Positions 19,072 to 29,980 of a stretch of 64,000 nt of DNA are shown here, one piece after another. Positions within the stretch are counted from its first letter, which is position 1. Each line of letters starts with the position of its first letter. Source of the stretch: Candidatus Poribacteria bacterium. Its GTDB lineage: Bacteria; Poribacteria; WGA-4E; JAJDTR01. Below the pieces are notes generated by a model, which saw only the letters and a list, made by a program, of their open reading frames with translations, made no database searches and was not told where the DNA came from. Made by a program: the position numbers and the translations under genes. The stretch covers positions 5,294,977-5,358,976 of the forward strand of contig CBDCTK010000002.1 of NCBI GenBank assembly GCA_965222225.1, in the 5' to 3' direction.

Positions 19072-20477
19072 CAGTATGGTTCATCATCTGGACGTTTGAT
19101 GTTGTATTTGGCGAGTTTTTTGTAGAAATTACTTCTCTCTATTTTCAATTGTTCCGCAGTTTGTTTCACATTCCAGCGGTTAGCCTCGAGCGCTTGGAGA
19201 ACGAAACTCTTCTCGGCTTCATCGACCAACTTTTGTAGTGAGCCGTTTGATTGCGGTTGAAGACTGATGGACGTTGCGTCAATCTCTATTACAGCCTCAT
19301 GTGCAACTGGGAGGACAGCGGCGACATCGTCGGCGATGATGGTTTCACGAGGTACCATGATGAGCAAGCGTTCGACGATGTTCTTCAACTCCCGAATATT
19401 GCCCGGCCAGTCGTACGATTGCATGACGCGAATTGCCGAAGGGTCGATTGTCTTGATCGAACGCGCATTATCCCGATGAAATCGCTCGACGAAGTGTTGT
19501 ACCAATAGCGGTAAATCATCCTGCCGATTCTGTAATGGCGGTACGGAGATAGGCACCACATTTAAGCGATAGTAAAGGTCCTGCCGAAAGCTTCCATTCT
19601 CAATCTCTTTATCCAAGGCTTTGTTGGTCGCTGCGATAACTCTTACGTCAACATGCAGCGTTTGGCTGCCGCCGAGACGCTGAATTTCACCATACTCAAG
19701 CACTCGCAATACTTTCGCCTGCGCCTTCAGGCTCATATCCCCGATTTCGTCGAGAAACAGCGTGCCGCCATCTGCCAGTTCAAATTTGCCGCGGCGCTGG
19801 TGCGCTGCCCCGGTGAATGCGCCCCGTTCGTGTCCGAATAACTCACTTTCAATGAGTTCGTCTGGGAGAGCGGCGCAATTCAGTGGAATGAATGGCTTTC
19901 GGTTTCGTTGACTCTGCTGATGGATAGCATCGGCGACGAGTTGTTTGCCCGTGCCGTTTTCTCCTGTGATGAGTACGCTCAAGTCACTTGACGCCACCTG
20001 CCTAATTTGTGTTCGGAGTTGCTGTATAGCGCCCCCTGTCCCAATCATCTCATCCTTGACGCCAATCTGAGATTTAAGAACTTCGTTCTCCCGAGATAGG
20101 CGTAATAGTTCTAGAAAAGGATTAACAGTGTGAAGGATCTCGGATACAGTTTTGGGCTTGACGAGGTAATTCCTTGCGCCAAGTTCCATTGCTTTAACCG
20201 CGGTTTCAATGTCCTGTTGCGCGGACATCATTACCACATTCAAATCCGGCTGGGTTTTTCTCAGATTCGTTAATGTCTCTATGCCATTCATTCCGCCCGG
20301 CATGATTATGTCAAGCAGCACAAGGTCTACGGCTTTTGAGGCGCAGATTTCCACTGCTTTCTCTCCGCTTGAAGCCGTTAGCGCTGTATAGCCTTCGAGT
20401 TTTAGACCTTGCGAGACCGATGCCAAGGCGTTTTTTTCGTCGTCTACAATTAGAATCGTACCCTTCGTTGATGCCAT
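19071..20477 (-). CDS. Sigma-54-dependent response regulator (NtrC/PilR family): receiver, AAA+ and HTH domains
   Basis: ILIVDDE receiver motif, GENGTGKQLVADAIH Walker A and a GAFTGA-like loop (ERGAFTGA). 468 aa. Confidence 0.85.
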   Translation of the reverse strand: MASTKGTILIVDDEKNALASVSQGLKLEGYTALTASSGEKAVEICASKAVDLVLLDIIMPGGMNGIETLTNLRKTQPDLNVVMMSAQQDIETAVKAMELGARNYLVKPKTVSEILHTVNPFLELLRLSRENEVLKSQIGVKDEMIGTGGAIQQLRTQIRQVASSDLSVLITGENGTGKQLVADAIHQQSQRNRKPFIPLNCAALPDELIESELFGHERGAFTGAAHQRRGKFELADGGTLFLDEIGDMSLKAQAKVLRVLEYGEIQRLGGSQTLHVDVRVIAATNKALDKEIENGSFRQDLYYRLNVVPISVPPLQNRQDDLPLLVQHFVERFHRDNARSIKTIDPSAIRVMQSYDWPGNIRELKNIVERLLIMVPRETIIADDVAAVLPVAHEAVIEIDATSISLQPQSNGSLQKLVDEAEKSFVLQALEANRWNVKQTAEQLKIERSNFYKKLAKYNIKRPDDEPY

Positions 20478-20658
20478 GTGCGAATACCTCAGAAAAACTC
20501 CTTACTGACTACGCAATTCAGATTGTAGGGAATAAAGATCGTTTCAGCAAATCATCATTTTTGCTTTTTGCGTAAATCCTGTTCATGTGTTTTTGCAGAA
20601 TCGCACCAAAAATCATCTTGGATATAACCTCACACTTGGAACCTTATTCGCTATAAGG

Positions 20659-20688
20659 GTACATTTGTAGGGTGGGCACTGCCCACCC
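20659..20688. repeat. Hairpin module GTACATTTGTAGGGTGGGCACTGCCCACCC (second copy at 37956..37984)
   Basis: 7-bp stem (GGTGGGC / GCCCACC) around an ACT loop. Both copies sit directly upstream of GATCAA/GCGATAG arrays. Confidence 0.7.
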
Positions 20689-20710
20689 TTTCTCGTAGAG
20701 ACCCCGTAGT

Positions 20711-20833
20711 GACCGATCAGCTGAGATCAACCGAACGATCAACTGAGTGGATAACGAAGGCGATAGTAAATCCTACAGTGGGGGATCAAGTGAGTGGACA
20801 ACGAACGCGATAGCTAATCCCGATAGAGATCCT
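20711..20833. repeat. GATCAA/GCGATAG-family array (about 6 units)
   Basis: gatcagctgagatcaaccgaac / gatcaactgagtggataacg / aaggcgatagtaaatcc / gatcaagtgagtggacaacg / aacgcgatagctaatccc / gatagagatcc. Confidence 0.8.
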
Positions 20834-21025
20834 TCTCCTGATTGCGAATTTTTGTGGTATCGGCAATCATCAAATCGCCGATTTACTCTTTTAGCAGGGA
20901 ATCTTCAAGGAGTGGCAACACAAAAAAACATGGGGCAGACTTCCCTTACACGCACCGAAATTGCTATGCCATATATTTTCAAGCATACCCCTTTTTTCAT
21001 TAACGGCAAAAATCGCCATCGCCAC

Positions 21026-23011
21026 CTATCCCTCCTTAAGTTCCCGCTTCAGTTCGGAAATCTGATCTCGCAGCGCCGCTGCCTGCTCAAACTCTAGCCC
21101 GGCGGCAGCCTTTTGCATCTGAGAAGTCAATTGAGTAAGCAACGCTTGGATTTCTTCGGCGCCAACATCCGCCAATGTTGGGACAGCATCAGTTGTTTCT
21201 GATTCATCAGGTTTGTCCGTTAACTTGGTAATGAGGTCATGGATAGTTTTGTCAATCGTGGTTGGCGTGATGCCGTGTTCCTCGTTATACGCCATCTGAA
21301 TCTCGCGCCGTCGGTTGGTTTCATCAATCGCGTTCCGGATGGCATCCGTGGCTTCATCGGCATACAGCAGCACCTCTCCATCCACGTTCCGAGCGGCGCG
21401 CCCCGCAGTTTGAATGAGCGATGTTTCCGATCGAAGGAAACCCGCGCGATCCGCGTCAAGAATCGCGACAAGCGACACCTCGGGGAGATCCAAACCTTCC
21501 CGCAAGAGATTAATTCCCACGATTACATTGAAAATACCTTCTCGAAGTTCGCGTAAAATCTGCACGCGTTCAAACGTTTCGACCTCCGAGTGAAGGTAAT
21601 TTGCCTTAATCCCAGCCTCCGCAAGATAATCCGTAAGGTCTTCCGCCATGCGTTTGGTGAGTGTTGTCACAATTACGCGCTGATTCTGGGCAACACGTGC
21701 GTTGATTACACCAATCAAATGATCAATCTGCCCTTCTACCGGGTGGACGACAATCTGCGGATCTATTAAGCCCGTTGGACGAATAATCTGTTCAACCACC
21801 TGATTGCTGCTGTGCAATTCGTGTTTTCCGGGTGTGGCTGAAACGAAAATAGCTTGATTGATATAAGAGTCCAACTCTTCAAAGCGCAGCGGACGATTGT
21901 CCAGTGCAGAAGGGAGGCGAAAGCCGTAATCTACGAGGGTTTCCTTACGTGAACGGTCGCCGCGATACATTCCACGTAACTGTGGCACCGTCACATGAGA
22001 TTCGTCAATGAACATTAGGTAATCATCAGCGAAGTAGTCAATCAGACAGTACGGTGGTTGACCCGGTTCTAGACCGGAGAGGTGACGCGAGTAATTTTCG
22101 ATGCCGGAACAGTAGCCGACTTCACGCAGCATCTCAAGATCAAAGCGTGCGCGTTGCTCAATTCGCTGTGCTTCCAGCAGCTTGTTGTTTGCGACAAAGT
22201 AGTCAATTCGTTCCTGAAGTTCTGTTTCGATGTTCACCAATGCTTCGTCAAAGAGTTCCGCGTCCGTCATAAAGTGTTTGGCGGGAAAGATTTCAACGGC
22301 GTCATGTGCCGATAATATCTCCCCTGTCAGTGTATCAATCTCAGTCAGTCGATCCACCTCATCCCCGAAAAGTTCGATTCGGTAAGCAGTGTTCGCATAA
22401 GCCGGGAACACCTCAATAACGTCGCCACGGGCACGGAAATTACCCTGCAAAAATTCGACATCGTTACGCTCATACTGAATAGTGACCAGTGCCCGCAAGA
22501 GTTTCTGACGCTTAATCACCTCTCCCACTTTAACCTCAACCTTATGAAGATCGTACTCCTTCGGCGATCCGATTCCGTAGATACAGGACACGCTGGCGAC
22601 AATAATGACGTCACGGCGGGAGAGCAACGACGCCGTCGAGGCGAGCCTCAGGCGGTTAATTTCTTCGTTAATCTGGATATCTTTTTCGATATAGGTATCA
22701 GTGGAAGGGATATAGGCTTCCGGCTGGTAGTAGTTGTAGTAGCTGACGAAGTAATGCACCGCGTTATTGGGAAAGAAATCTCGAAACTCGCTGTACAACT
22801 GCGCCGCAAGAGTTTTGTTCGGGGAGATGACTATCGTTGGACGCTGCATCTCGGCAATTACGTGCGCCATAGTAAAGGTCTTTCCTGAACCTGTGACCCC
22901 AAGCAGTGTCTGTAATCGGTCCCCGTTTTTCAAACCTTTGGTAAGTTGACGAATTCCCTCTGGTTGATCGCCTTGAGGCTCGTAGTCTGAAATTAACTTG
23001 AACTCTTGCAT
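21026..23011 (-). CDS. uvrB: Excinuclease ABC subunit B
   Basis: [23 protein letters not shown]…[13 protein letters not shown]… N-terminus and the C-terminal UvrB/UvrC interaction motif (…[12 protein letters not shown]…). 661 aa. Confidence 0.95.
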   Translation of the reverse strand: MQEFKLISDYEPQGDQPEGIRQLTKGLKNGDRLQTLLGVTGSGKTFTMAHVIAEMQRPTIVISPNKTLAAQLYSEFRDFFPNNAVHYFVSYYNYYQPEAYIPSTDTYIEKDIQINEEINRLRLASTASLLSRRDVIIVASVSCIYGIGSPKEYDLHKVEVKVGEVIKRQKLLRALVTIQYERNDVEFLQGNFRARGDVIEVFPAYANTAYRIELFGDEVDRLTEIDTLTGEILSAHDAVEIFPAKHFMTDAELFDEALVNIETELQERIDYFVANNKLLEAQRIEQRARFDLEMLREVGYCSGIENYSRHLSGLEPGQPPYCLIDYFADDYLMFIDESHVTVPQLRGMYRGDRSRKETLVDYGFRLPSALDNRPLRFEELDSYINQAIFVSATPGKHELHSSNQVVEQIIRPTGLIDPQIVVHPVEGQIDHLIGVINARVAQNQRVIVTTLTKRMAEDLTDYLAEAGIKANYLHSEVETFERVQILRELREGIFNVIVGINLLREGLDLPEVSLVAILDADRAGFLRSETSLIQTAGRAARNVDGEVLLYADEATDAIRNAIDETNRRREIQMAYNEEHGITPTTIDKTIHDLITKLTDKPDESETTDAVPTLADVGAEEIQALLTQLTSQMQKAAAGLEFEQAAALRDQISELKRELKEG

Positions 23012-23054
23012 GGTGTTTCTTGCCGGGACGTATGATAGCTCCTATGGACATTGT

Positions 23055-24092
23055 TTACGGTATATCGGATGGACTTAGACAAATCTTGCCGAAATTTTCA
23101 CGCGCTTCCATTATTCGGTGTGCTTCGGCGGCTTGGTGCAGAGGCAACACGCGGTCGATTATTGGATGCAACTTTCCCTGCTCCGCGAGACGAATAATCG
23201 TGCGTAATTCCGAGGTCGTACCCAACGCCGATCCCATAAGTGTCAACTGCTTCTGATACATCTTGCGAATGTCGATTTCACCAATGTTGCCGGTCGTTAC
23301 ACCGCACGAAACGAGTCGCCCCTTTTTGGCAAGACACGCGATGCTCTTGTCCCACGTCGCCGCTCCAACATGCTCAAATACGACATCAACGCCGCGGTTG
23401 CCCGTTTCTTCACGGATAGTCTCGCTGAAATCTGCCTCCGCGTAATTGATTGTAAAATCGGCGCCCAGTTGTTGCGCGCGTTGCAGTTTCTCGTCGGTGC
23501 TTGCGGTCGCAAAAACACGCGCGCCGCACAACTTGGCAATTTGTAGCCCGGCGCTGCCGACGCCGCTGCCTGCTGATAAAATCAGCACGTCCTCTCCGGG
23601 ACGAACCCCGGCACGGGCCACTAGCATGTGCCACGCCGTGAGGTACGCCATCGGCATCGCAGCCGCTTCATAGTAGGAAAGATGGGGGGAGAGTAACGTT
23701 GCATTCTCGGCGGGAGCTTTGACGTATTCGGCGTACCCGCCGTTGGTTTGGAACCCAAGGAGAATCTGCGAGTCACATAAATTCTCATCGCCGTTGAGGC
23801 AGTCAACGCACTGACCGCACGGAATGCAAGGCGATAAAACAACGCTATCCCCGACAGCTACATTATGCACCTCGGCGCCGACCTCAACCACCTCACCGGC
23901 GATATCGGAACCCAGAATATGCGGGAAAGGTTGCACCTCCGGGCGATCGCGACGTGCACGAATATCAAGGTGGTTGACGGCGCAAGCGCAGACTTTTACC
24001 ACGATTTCCGACGCAGCGATAGTCGGATCCGGCACTTCCTCATAACGCAACTTACCGATTCCGCCCTGCTCGTGGAAAACGACTGCTTTCAT
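23055..24092 (-). CDS. Zinc-binding alcohol dehydrogenase / quinone oxidoreductase (MDR superfamily)
   Basis: …HLDIRARR…GSDIAGEVVEVG… and the GxGxxG pattern (SAGSGVGSAGLQIA). Confidence 0.8.
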   Translation of the reverse strand: MKAVVFHEQGGIGKLRYEEVPDPTIAASEIVVKVCACAVNHLDIRARRDRPEVQPFPHILGSDIAGEVVEVGAEVHNVAVGDSVVLSPCIPCGQCVDCLNGDENLCDSQILLGFQTNGGYAEYVKAPAENATLLSPHLSYYEAAAMPMAYLTAWHMLVARAGVRPGEDVLILSAGSGVGSAGLQIAKLCGARVFATASTDEKLQRAQQLGADFTINYAEADFSETIREETGNRGVDVVFEHVGAATWDKSIACLAKKGRLVSCGVTTGNIGEIDIRKMYQKQLTLMGSALGTTSELRTIIRLAEQGKLHPIIDRVLPLHQAAEAHRIMEARENFGKICLSPSDIP

Positions 24093-24111
24093 GAAGGCCC
24101 TTCGCTATGCA

Positions 24112-24450
24112 TCACCCGCTAATCGCCGCCGCGACAATTAACCCGAGTGCAATCAATAACCCGGCGACTGCCACTCCAGCCGCAGTGTTATTGTCTTCGG
24201 CAATCTCGTGATTCAGGTGATAGGGCGTAACGGCGTCGAATATCTTGTATCCAACTAACAAGACGACTAGACCGACGACGCTGAATACGATGCTTTCGAT
24301 AACTAAGCCTACGAGAACCTTTATGTCAAGCATAGCTGTGCTTCCGGCAGCGGCGACATCGTCGGCACGAGCATGTGTCGCAAGTATTGCCGCAGAAACA
24401 ATCCAAATAATCGTTAGACAGAAAGTGATGCGGACGATTTTCTTAGCCAT
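24112..24450 (-). CDS. DUF350-like small membrane protein
   Basis: 112 aa with 3 TM segments and a …KIFDAVTPYHLNHEIAEDNNTAAGVAVAG… motif recalled from the DUF350 family. Confidence 0.45.
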   Translation of the reverse strand: MAKKIVRITFCLTIIWIVSAAILATHARADDVAAAGSTAMLDIKVLVGLVIESIVFSVVGLVVLLVGYKIFDAVTPYHLNHEIAEDNNTAAGVAVAGLLIALGLIVAAAISG

Positions 24451-24509
24451 TGGTATCTCCTTATTTGTGGTATGTGAAGTTAGCGCCTAATGAACCATTA
24501 AAGAACGAA

Positions 24510-27500
24510 TCACGCTTCCGACTCCGGGGTTTCGGCTGCTGCTTCATCGTGAGGGCTGCTAGACGAAGTCGCGTCTTCGGCAACTTGTTCTTGCGCCTCC
24601 GTGTCTACCTTGGAAGTCTCTTCTTCTGGAGATGGTACAACCTCAAAGGTTATCTCGTTTTCCACATGTTTGCATTTAACGAAAACGATATCTTTCTCCT
24701 GCCGATAAAGCCAGCCGGATTCAGCCGCTTCCAAATCTTCTACGCAGGGCAGATCCTGACCGAGGGCTCTCACCGCGCTTGGAATACTACCATACCCCGT
24801 GATGATAGTGTGGCTTGTTTCATTGTGTACATAACACAGTTTGAAATCCAACTTTCCGTTGCTGCCCTTGTCGCTGGTTTCTATCTGGGCTCCGCTGCTT
24901 AAGTGGATACGCCCGTTCTCATGACGTATGATTGACGTGGAGATGTCCGGATCCTGCCCACGCAAAGTGTATAGGTTTGCCATAATGCTACCAGGGTTGA
25001 TATGCGGTGGGCGTCCCTCTGTACAGAATTCATGAAGACTGTCTGGGTATGTTCCTCTGAATTCGCCCTCCGTCCATTGCTGGTGCATACCGCTATGCGT
25101 AATGCCTTCGGCAATACCCGTCCAATCACATCGCTGGCTATGGCGTGCAAGATGCTGCAAATGGTACGCGAAAACAAGACCACTCCGTTGTGATGCAACC
25201 CCAAACCACGCGCGAGTATCGAAGGTTGTTCCGAATATGGGAACGGAGGCGAAACGCATGGCGGGACGATCCGGCAGATTCCAGTGATAAATGAAAGCCA
25301 GCCCGGCTTTTGCCCAATATTCTGCACATGCAATATGGCGCTTATCATCGGTTATCGTGTAGGCTTCAACATACGCGCCGACAGCATTGGCTGCGGCAAG
25401 GAGATTCGGAGTCTTCGGCGGACAATCCGACGCTTGAGCGCCGCGCGGAATTTTAAACCGGTCCATGCCCTTTAGCGCCTTTAATCCGGCGTTCAATGAG
25501 TTCTCATTCCCCGAGATTCTGGCGTGCTTTAATAGGATGAAGGCGCAATGCGCACAAATTCCTAGAACTGTGTCGTTGTCTCCTCCGAGTTCTTTCGCGC
25601 TTTCAGTTATGGGGCGGTAACGCCAACGTCCATCATCCTCCTGCGTCTCAATTAAATTCTGGGTTGTTTCTTTAAGGCGTTCTAAGCCCGCTTCGATGTT
25701 GCCGAAGTAAAACGGTAGTTCCCAGTTTAAGCTTTGGCGCTTCACTGCAGCGATCGGCCCTCCTGCCCTCGATTCGCGAACCGTGTTTCCCGCGATGGCA
25801 AGGGCGTGTTGCTTCACATCATCGTTTCGCGTTGCAAGATAGTCGTACCATAGCAGCGTTGCAATCCCTGGGAGGTTCGCTGCCGCCGAATCAACAGTTT
25901 GCTGAGGTTCACCGGTATTTTCATTCCTCGCCTCCCGCATAATCCCGTCTCGTGAGAGCGCAAGCTGCTCCTCGTGATTCCGCAGAGATTCAAGTGGTTC
26001 AGGCGCGCCGTACGTATCGGTCCAATGCGAGACAGCATCGGAAATAGAGGCGTTGCCGTCAATAATAATGTGTGCACTAATCGTAAGTTGTCGGTTTGCC
26101 TCCAACGTGTACGGCGTAGATGCCTCTAAGCAATTTTCCTCAACCCAGTCACCCGGTGCCGGAAGAAACAACCCCATCAGATGATTCTGATGCTTTTCAT
26201 GCCAATTCGGCGAGGCAAAAACAGCGGATAGCATCGTGTGTTCGCCATCCCAAGTTTCCAATGGGTCCCATGCCAAACCAACCAGCGTTTTCTTGTACTC
26301 AACCGCCATCAGAGGAACGGTAATCTTATAGGGATGTGGAACGAGACGGTTATTATATGGCGGTGCCGCATCTCGCGTATTTGAGGAAGGTTCATCTGTT
26401 CCTAAGAACTCCAGTCCGGGAAAAAGGGCTGCACTTTTGCCCTCCCCGTAACTACGATCGCCTGCGTGAAGCATCGGGCCATTAAAAGCGAGAATCTCCC
26501 GCCGAGCGCTGGTTGAAAGGCAGTATTCCGTGCGCACGCGTTTGTCATCCTCGGTCAACGAAAAACGGGCCTCAAAACACCAATTCACACCGTCGGCATC
26601 CTGTTGTTCGCCAGCGAGGATAACAGTTGACTCCCCAAAGCTATTTCCCGCGAGACGATAGATTGTGGGTATAATACGGAGTTGTTCGGTTTCGTTCTTT
26701 GAATTTCGATACCGAATCGTTGTCATCGCATGACTTGTGGCAACTTGACGATAGCTCCCGTGTTTGGCGGCAAAAAGCGTGAAATACTCAAACCCGCGTG
26801 TACCTTGAACGAAAAGAAGTCGCACGTGCTTGTTCCCAATCACTACATGTTCTTGGAGGTTGTATGTGTGTAATTCCGGAACTATCTGAGAAGGGACCTT
26901 CGGTGACGCCGGCTGAATTTCAATAAAGGTTTCAAGCGTTTGCCGTACCTCGCCCATTGGCGTTTTGTACTTCAGCAAGATGGAAATCTGAGTTGCGGAC
27001 TCGCGTGAAAATCTGCGGAGATTCCATACTAATTTGGTTTCGTCGCCGGCATCTAGCGTCTTAATCGGATAGACATGCCGCCCGCGGCGTAGCTTCACCT
27101 GGTTAATTGCCACACTCGTTTGATTTGCGGGGGAGAGAGCAACCGTTCCCGTGTTACGGAGTGTGCACTGCACCTCAAAATCTTCACTCACGGTAACAAT
27201 TGCCGTGTTGAGTCCTAAACTTGATACCTCTAATTTGGGCAATTCTGTATACAGTGCCACACTGAACTCTTGGGAAGAGAGTTCGGTTGAAAACCCTCTC
27301 CTTTGAGTCTCGACAACCATGCGTTGACCGATTTCGTCGGCAATCTTGGATACAGGTGTTGGTGATTCGTAAGCAAACTCCATGGCGGATATTTTGCCGT
27401 TTGGTCCATCGGTTGATTCGTGGACATGAATGCCATCCTCTCCAATCTGCTTCATATCATTGAAACTTCCGATGATGATTCCCTTTATGGCAGTTGGCTC

Positions 27501-28832
27501 TGTCTTGCTCTTTTCAACGGCGGACGATGTACGGGTAAGCTTGAGGATCCGCGGATTGCCCCACAGTGCCGAATTGTTCCCGTCATCTCGACTTTCATCA
27601 CACGCGGCTAGGAAGGTAACCTGAATCTCTCTGCCGGCATGTTTCGAGACATCCATTGCGTGTTCGTTCCATTTGGGTTCGGTGGCAATTCCCTCAAAAT
27701 GCCGCTCACCCGAGATTTCAATCGCGAATCGAACACCGCGTGATTTTGTCGATGGGTCGTCAGAATCAATTCCGTCCCGTAGTCCGGTACTAAAATGCAA
27801 AATTAGCGTATCTCCGGACTCTACTTGAGGCAACGAAAGCTGATATTCGATTCGCGCAACATCCTCCTCTCGCGGCTGCTGAACTATTGCGGGCTTTGCC
27901 ACGCCGCCTGCGCTATGTTGGCTATGCGCTAAAGCCTGATCAGCGCCTTGGGCTGGACTGCTACTAGAAGCATCCGCAAAGTTGTAGATTTCGTCAATGA
28001 TGCCGAATCCAAGCGGAGTTTCAATACTGTCGGAAAAGGTCTTCTGTTCCATAGCTACGGGCTCCGACTGATCGGTTGCTGTCACCCCTGTTTCCACAGG
28101 CGATTCCGCCGCCATTGGAATGTTCGTTTCTGAAGTTTGGCTATCTATCTCTGGAACCTGGTCCGGTTGCGCGTCGGTGACATGTGAAGATGCCGCCTCA
28201 TCGGCCTCAAATGACTCCGGTGCAACGGGATTGGTCGTTTCTGACGCTTGACTGGGTATTTCGGGGGCGTCACTATCTGTTGCTACATCAGCCGGCGGCG
28301 TCTCATCGTGGTCCACCACTGCTTCATCGGTGTTTGTTGCAATATCGTCCGGAGCGTCGGCTGCCTCGTTTGCCAACTCACCGGTGATATCCGTCTCGAA
28401 TTCGCTTGAAGGTAGAACGTCTTCGGCCGCCGCGTCAAGACTGTCATCTGATACATCGCGCGTCTCTAATTCAACTGAGGCTATATCTGTTGCGAAGATG
28501 CCTGCCTGTCCAACCTCAGCCGTTGCGTCTGATGCTTCTAGTTCTGTCTCGCTAGTTTCGTCGGCTACAATAGGCAATGGATTAGCGACATCAAAACGTT
28601 CCGACTGTTCATTTGCTACCTCCAAAAATCCCTCCGGTGCTTCAGCAGTCTCATTACCTAAATCTACTCTACCGTAATCGCCTGAAGTAGGATTGATTTC
28701 TTCCGCGTTTTCTGATTGGACCTGCGGTTGTTCCAATTGATTATCTTGTGCCGGTTCGTTAGTTGTGTTGTGTTGATCGTCCTCTGTTGGCTGCGTAACT
28801 AGCGATAACAACAGTTGAAAAACAGTAAGCAT
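24510..28832 (-). CDS. Very large (1440 aa) probable secreted protein with a strongly acidic, low-complexity N-terminal region of about 300 aa and an acidic C-terminal tail. The central region is possibly a carbohydrate-active or alpha/alpha-toroid-like domain.
   Basis: The D/E/T/S-rich N-terminus continues for several hundred residues. The central globular region has conserved aromatic and acidic pairs. No named family is recognised with confidence. Confidence 0.5.
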   Translation of the reverse strand: MLTVFQLLLSLVTQPTEDDQHNTTNEPAQDNQLEQPQVQSENAEEINPTSGDYGRVDLGNETAEAPEGFLEVANEQSERFDVANPLPIVADETSETELEASDATAEVGQAGIFATDIASVELETRDVSDDSLDAAAEDVLPSSEFETDITGELANEAADAPDDIATNTDEAVVDHDETPPADVATDSDAPEIPSQASETTNPVAPESFEADEAASSHVTDAQPDQVPEIDSQTSETNIPMAAESPVETGVTATDQSEPVAMEQKTFSDSIETPLGFGIIDEIYNFADASSSSPAQGADQALAHSQHSAGGVAKPAIVQQPREEDVARIEYQLSLPQVESGDTLILHFSTGLRDGIDSDDPSTKSRGVRFAIEISGERHFEGIATEPKWNEHAMDVSKHAGREIQVTFLAACDESRDDGNNSALWGNPRILKLTRTSSAVEKSKTEPTAIKGIIIGSFNDMKQIGEDGIHVHESTDGPNGKISAMEFAYESPTPVSKIADEIGQRMVVETQRRGFSTELSSQEFSVALYTELPKLEVSSLGLNTAIVTVSEDFEVQCTLRNTGTVALSPANQTSVAINQVKLRRGRHVYPIKTLDAGDETKLVWNLRRFSRESATQISILLKYKTPMGEVRQTLETFIEIQPASPKVPSQIVPELHTYNLQEHVVIGNKHVRLLFVQGTRGFEYFTLFAAKHGSYRQVATSHAMTTIRYRNSKNETEQLRIIPTIYRLAGNSFGESTVILAGEQQDADGVNWCFEARFSLTEDDKRVRTEYCLSTSARREILAFNGPMLHAGDRSYGEGKSAALFPGLEFLGTDEPSSNTRDAAPPYNNRLVPHPYKITVPLMAVEYKKTLVGLAWDPLETWDGEHTMLSAVFASPNWHEKHQNHLMGLFLPAPGDWVEENCLEASTPYTLEANRQLTISAHIIIDGNASISDAVSHWTDTYGAPEPLESLRNHEEQLALSRDGIMREARNENTGEPQQTVDSAAANLPGIATLLWYDYLATRNDDVKQHALAIAGNTVRESRAGGPIAAVKRQSLNWELPFYFGNIEAGLERLKETTQNLIETQEDDGRWRYRPITESAKELGGDNDTVLGICAHCAFILLKHARISGNENSLNAGLKALKGMDRFKIPRGAQASDCPPKTPNLLAAANAVGAYVEAYTITDDKRHIACAEYWAKAGLAFIYHWNLPDRPAMRFASVPIFGTTFDTRAWFGVASQRSGLVFAYHLQHLARHSQRCDWTGIAEGITHSGMHQQWTEGEFRGTYPDSLHEFCTEGRPPHINPGSIMANLYTLRGQDPDISTSIIRHENGRIHLSSGAQIETSDKGSNGKLDFKLCYVHNETSHTIITGYGSIPSAVRALGQDLPCVEDLEAAESGWLYRQEKDIVFVKCKHVENEITFEVVPSPEEETSKVDTEAQEQVAEDATSSSSPHDEAAAETPESEA

Positions 28833-29065
28833 TCAAATTCTCCATTACTCACAGCCTAATCGGCATGTTACTTGACAAAGTACCTTCTCGTCCCCTGTAG
28901 CCCGATCTGGTGCAGATTGGCGTGGAGCATTATGGCTGCAATTAAGAATATCGTCAGGCATTATTATATCATAGATTGTACGGAGATTAAAAGGAAAGAA
29001 ATCGAAATCTCTAGCCTTTGACCTGAAGTGGAATGCAAAAGATACATTGCTAGAAGGGTTATTGA

Positions 29066-29107
29066 CATAAAAAAGCCCCAAGACTATTCGTGTCATTGCC
29101 TTGGGGC
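29066..29107 (-). terminator. Rho-independent terminator downstream of the ThiF/MoeB-like gene
   Basis: GCCCCAAG…CTTGGGGC stem followed on the minus strand by a TTTTTTAT run. Confidence 0.65.
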
Positions 29108-29142
29108 ATTTGTGATATCGCCGTTCCGTACTAAAGAAAATT

Positions 29143-29949
29143 CTACCAATGCACCTGGCAAAACTCCTCGTAGTCAATCAGCTCATGGATTGTTGGGTTT
29201 TCACCACAGACCGGACACTGAGAATCTGCGCGCAGTTTCATTTTCTTGAAGTCCATTCCCAACGCGCTGAACAACAGCAGATGACCAATAAGTGGTTCCC
29301 CAATATCAAGTATAACCTTGATAGTTTCGATGGCTTGCGCAGTTCCCACAATTCCCGGCAAAGCGCCGAACACCCCTGTCTCCTGGCAACTCGGCGCCAT
29401 CCCCGGAGGTGGCGGTGACGGATAGAGGCAGCGATAACACGGCCCCTTGCCCGGGTAGAAAATAGTGACCTGACCCTCAAATTGGAAAATACTGCCGTGG
29501 ACATTCGGTTTGCCCAGCATCACACAAGAATCGTTGATCAGATAGCGGGTTGGAAAGTTGTCACATCCGTCAACCACCACATCATATTGACCGATAATAC
29601 CAAGCGCGTTCTTCGATGAGAGACGCTCCCTGTGTTCAACCACGTTCACATCCGGATTCATCTCGACTATGGTTTCCTTGGCAGACTCGGTCTTCGGCCG
29701 ACCAATGTCACTCATTCCATGGAGAATTTGACGTTGGAGGTTGCTTAAGTCGACAACATCGTGGTCCATGATGCCCAACGTTCCGATGCCGGCAGCCGCC
29801 AGATAAAGCCCCGCGGGTGAGCCAAGCCCGCCCGCGCCGATGAGAAGCACCCTCGACTCAAGCAACTTGGTTTGTCCCATCCCGCCGACTTCTTTGAGAA
29901 TGATGTGCCGGCTATAGCGTTCAATCTGTTCGTTATTGAAATTATACAT
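29143..29949 (-). CDS. ThiF/MoeB/HesA-family E1-like adenylyltransferase with two CxxC zinc motifs
   Basis: RYSRHIILKEVGGMGQTKLLESRVLLIGAGGLGSPAGLYLAAAGIG… nucleotide-binding motif. CYRC and CPVC motifs. 268 aa. Confidence 0.85.
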   Translation of the reverse strand: MYNFNNEQIERYSRHIILKEVGGMGQTKLLESRVLLIGAGGLGSPAGLYLAAAGIGTLGIMDHDVVDLSNLQRQILHGMSDIGRPKTESAKETIVEMNPDVNVVEHRERLSSKNALGIIGQYDVVVDGCDNFPTRYLINDSCVMLGKPNVHGSIFQFEGQVTIFYPGKGPCYRCLYPSPPPPGMAPSCQETGVFGALPGIVGTAQAIETIKVILDIGEPLIGHLLLFSALGMDFKKMKLRADSQCPVCGENPTIHELIDYEEFCQVHW

Positions 29950-29980
29950 CTGACGCTCTCCCCGTTCGATTGAATTGACT

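Noticed and set aside
20585-20605. A candidate sigma-54 promoter (GGTGCG-attc-TGCAA on the minus strand) lies upstream of the NtrC-like regulator.
   Set aside because: The spacing between the GG and GC elements is one nucleotide short of the TGGCAC-N5-TTGCA consensus. It is mentioned only as a weak possibility.
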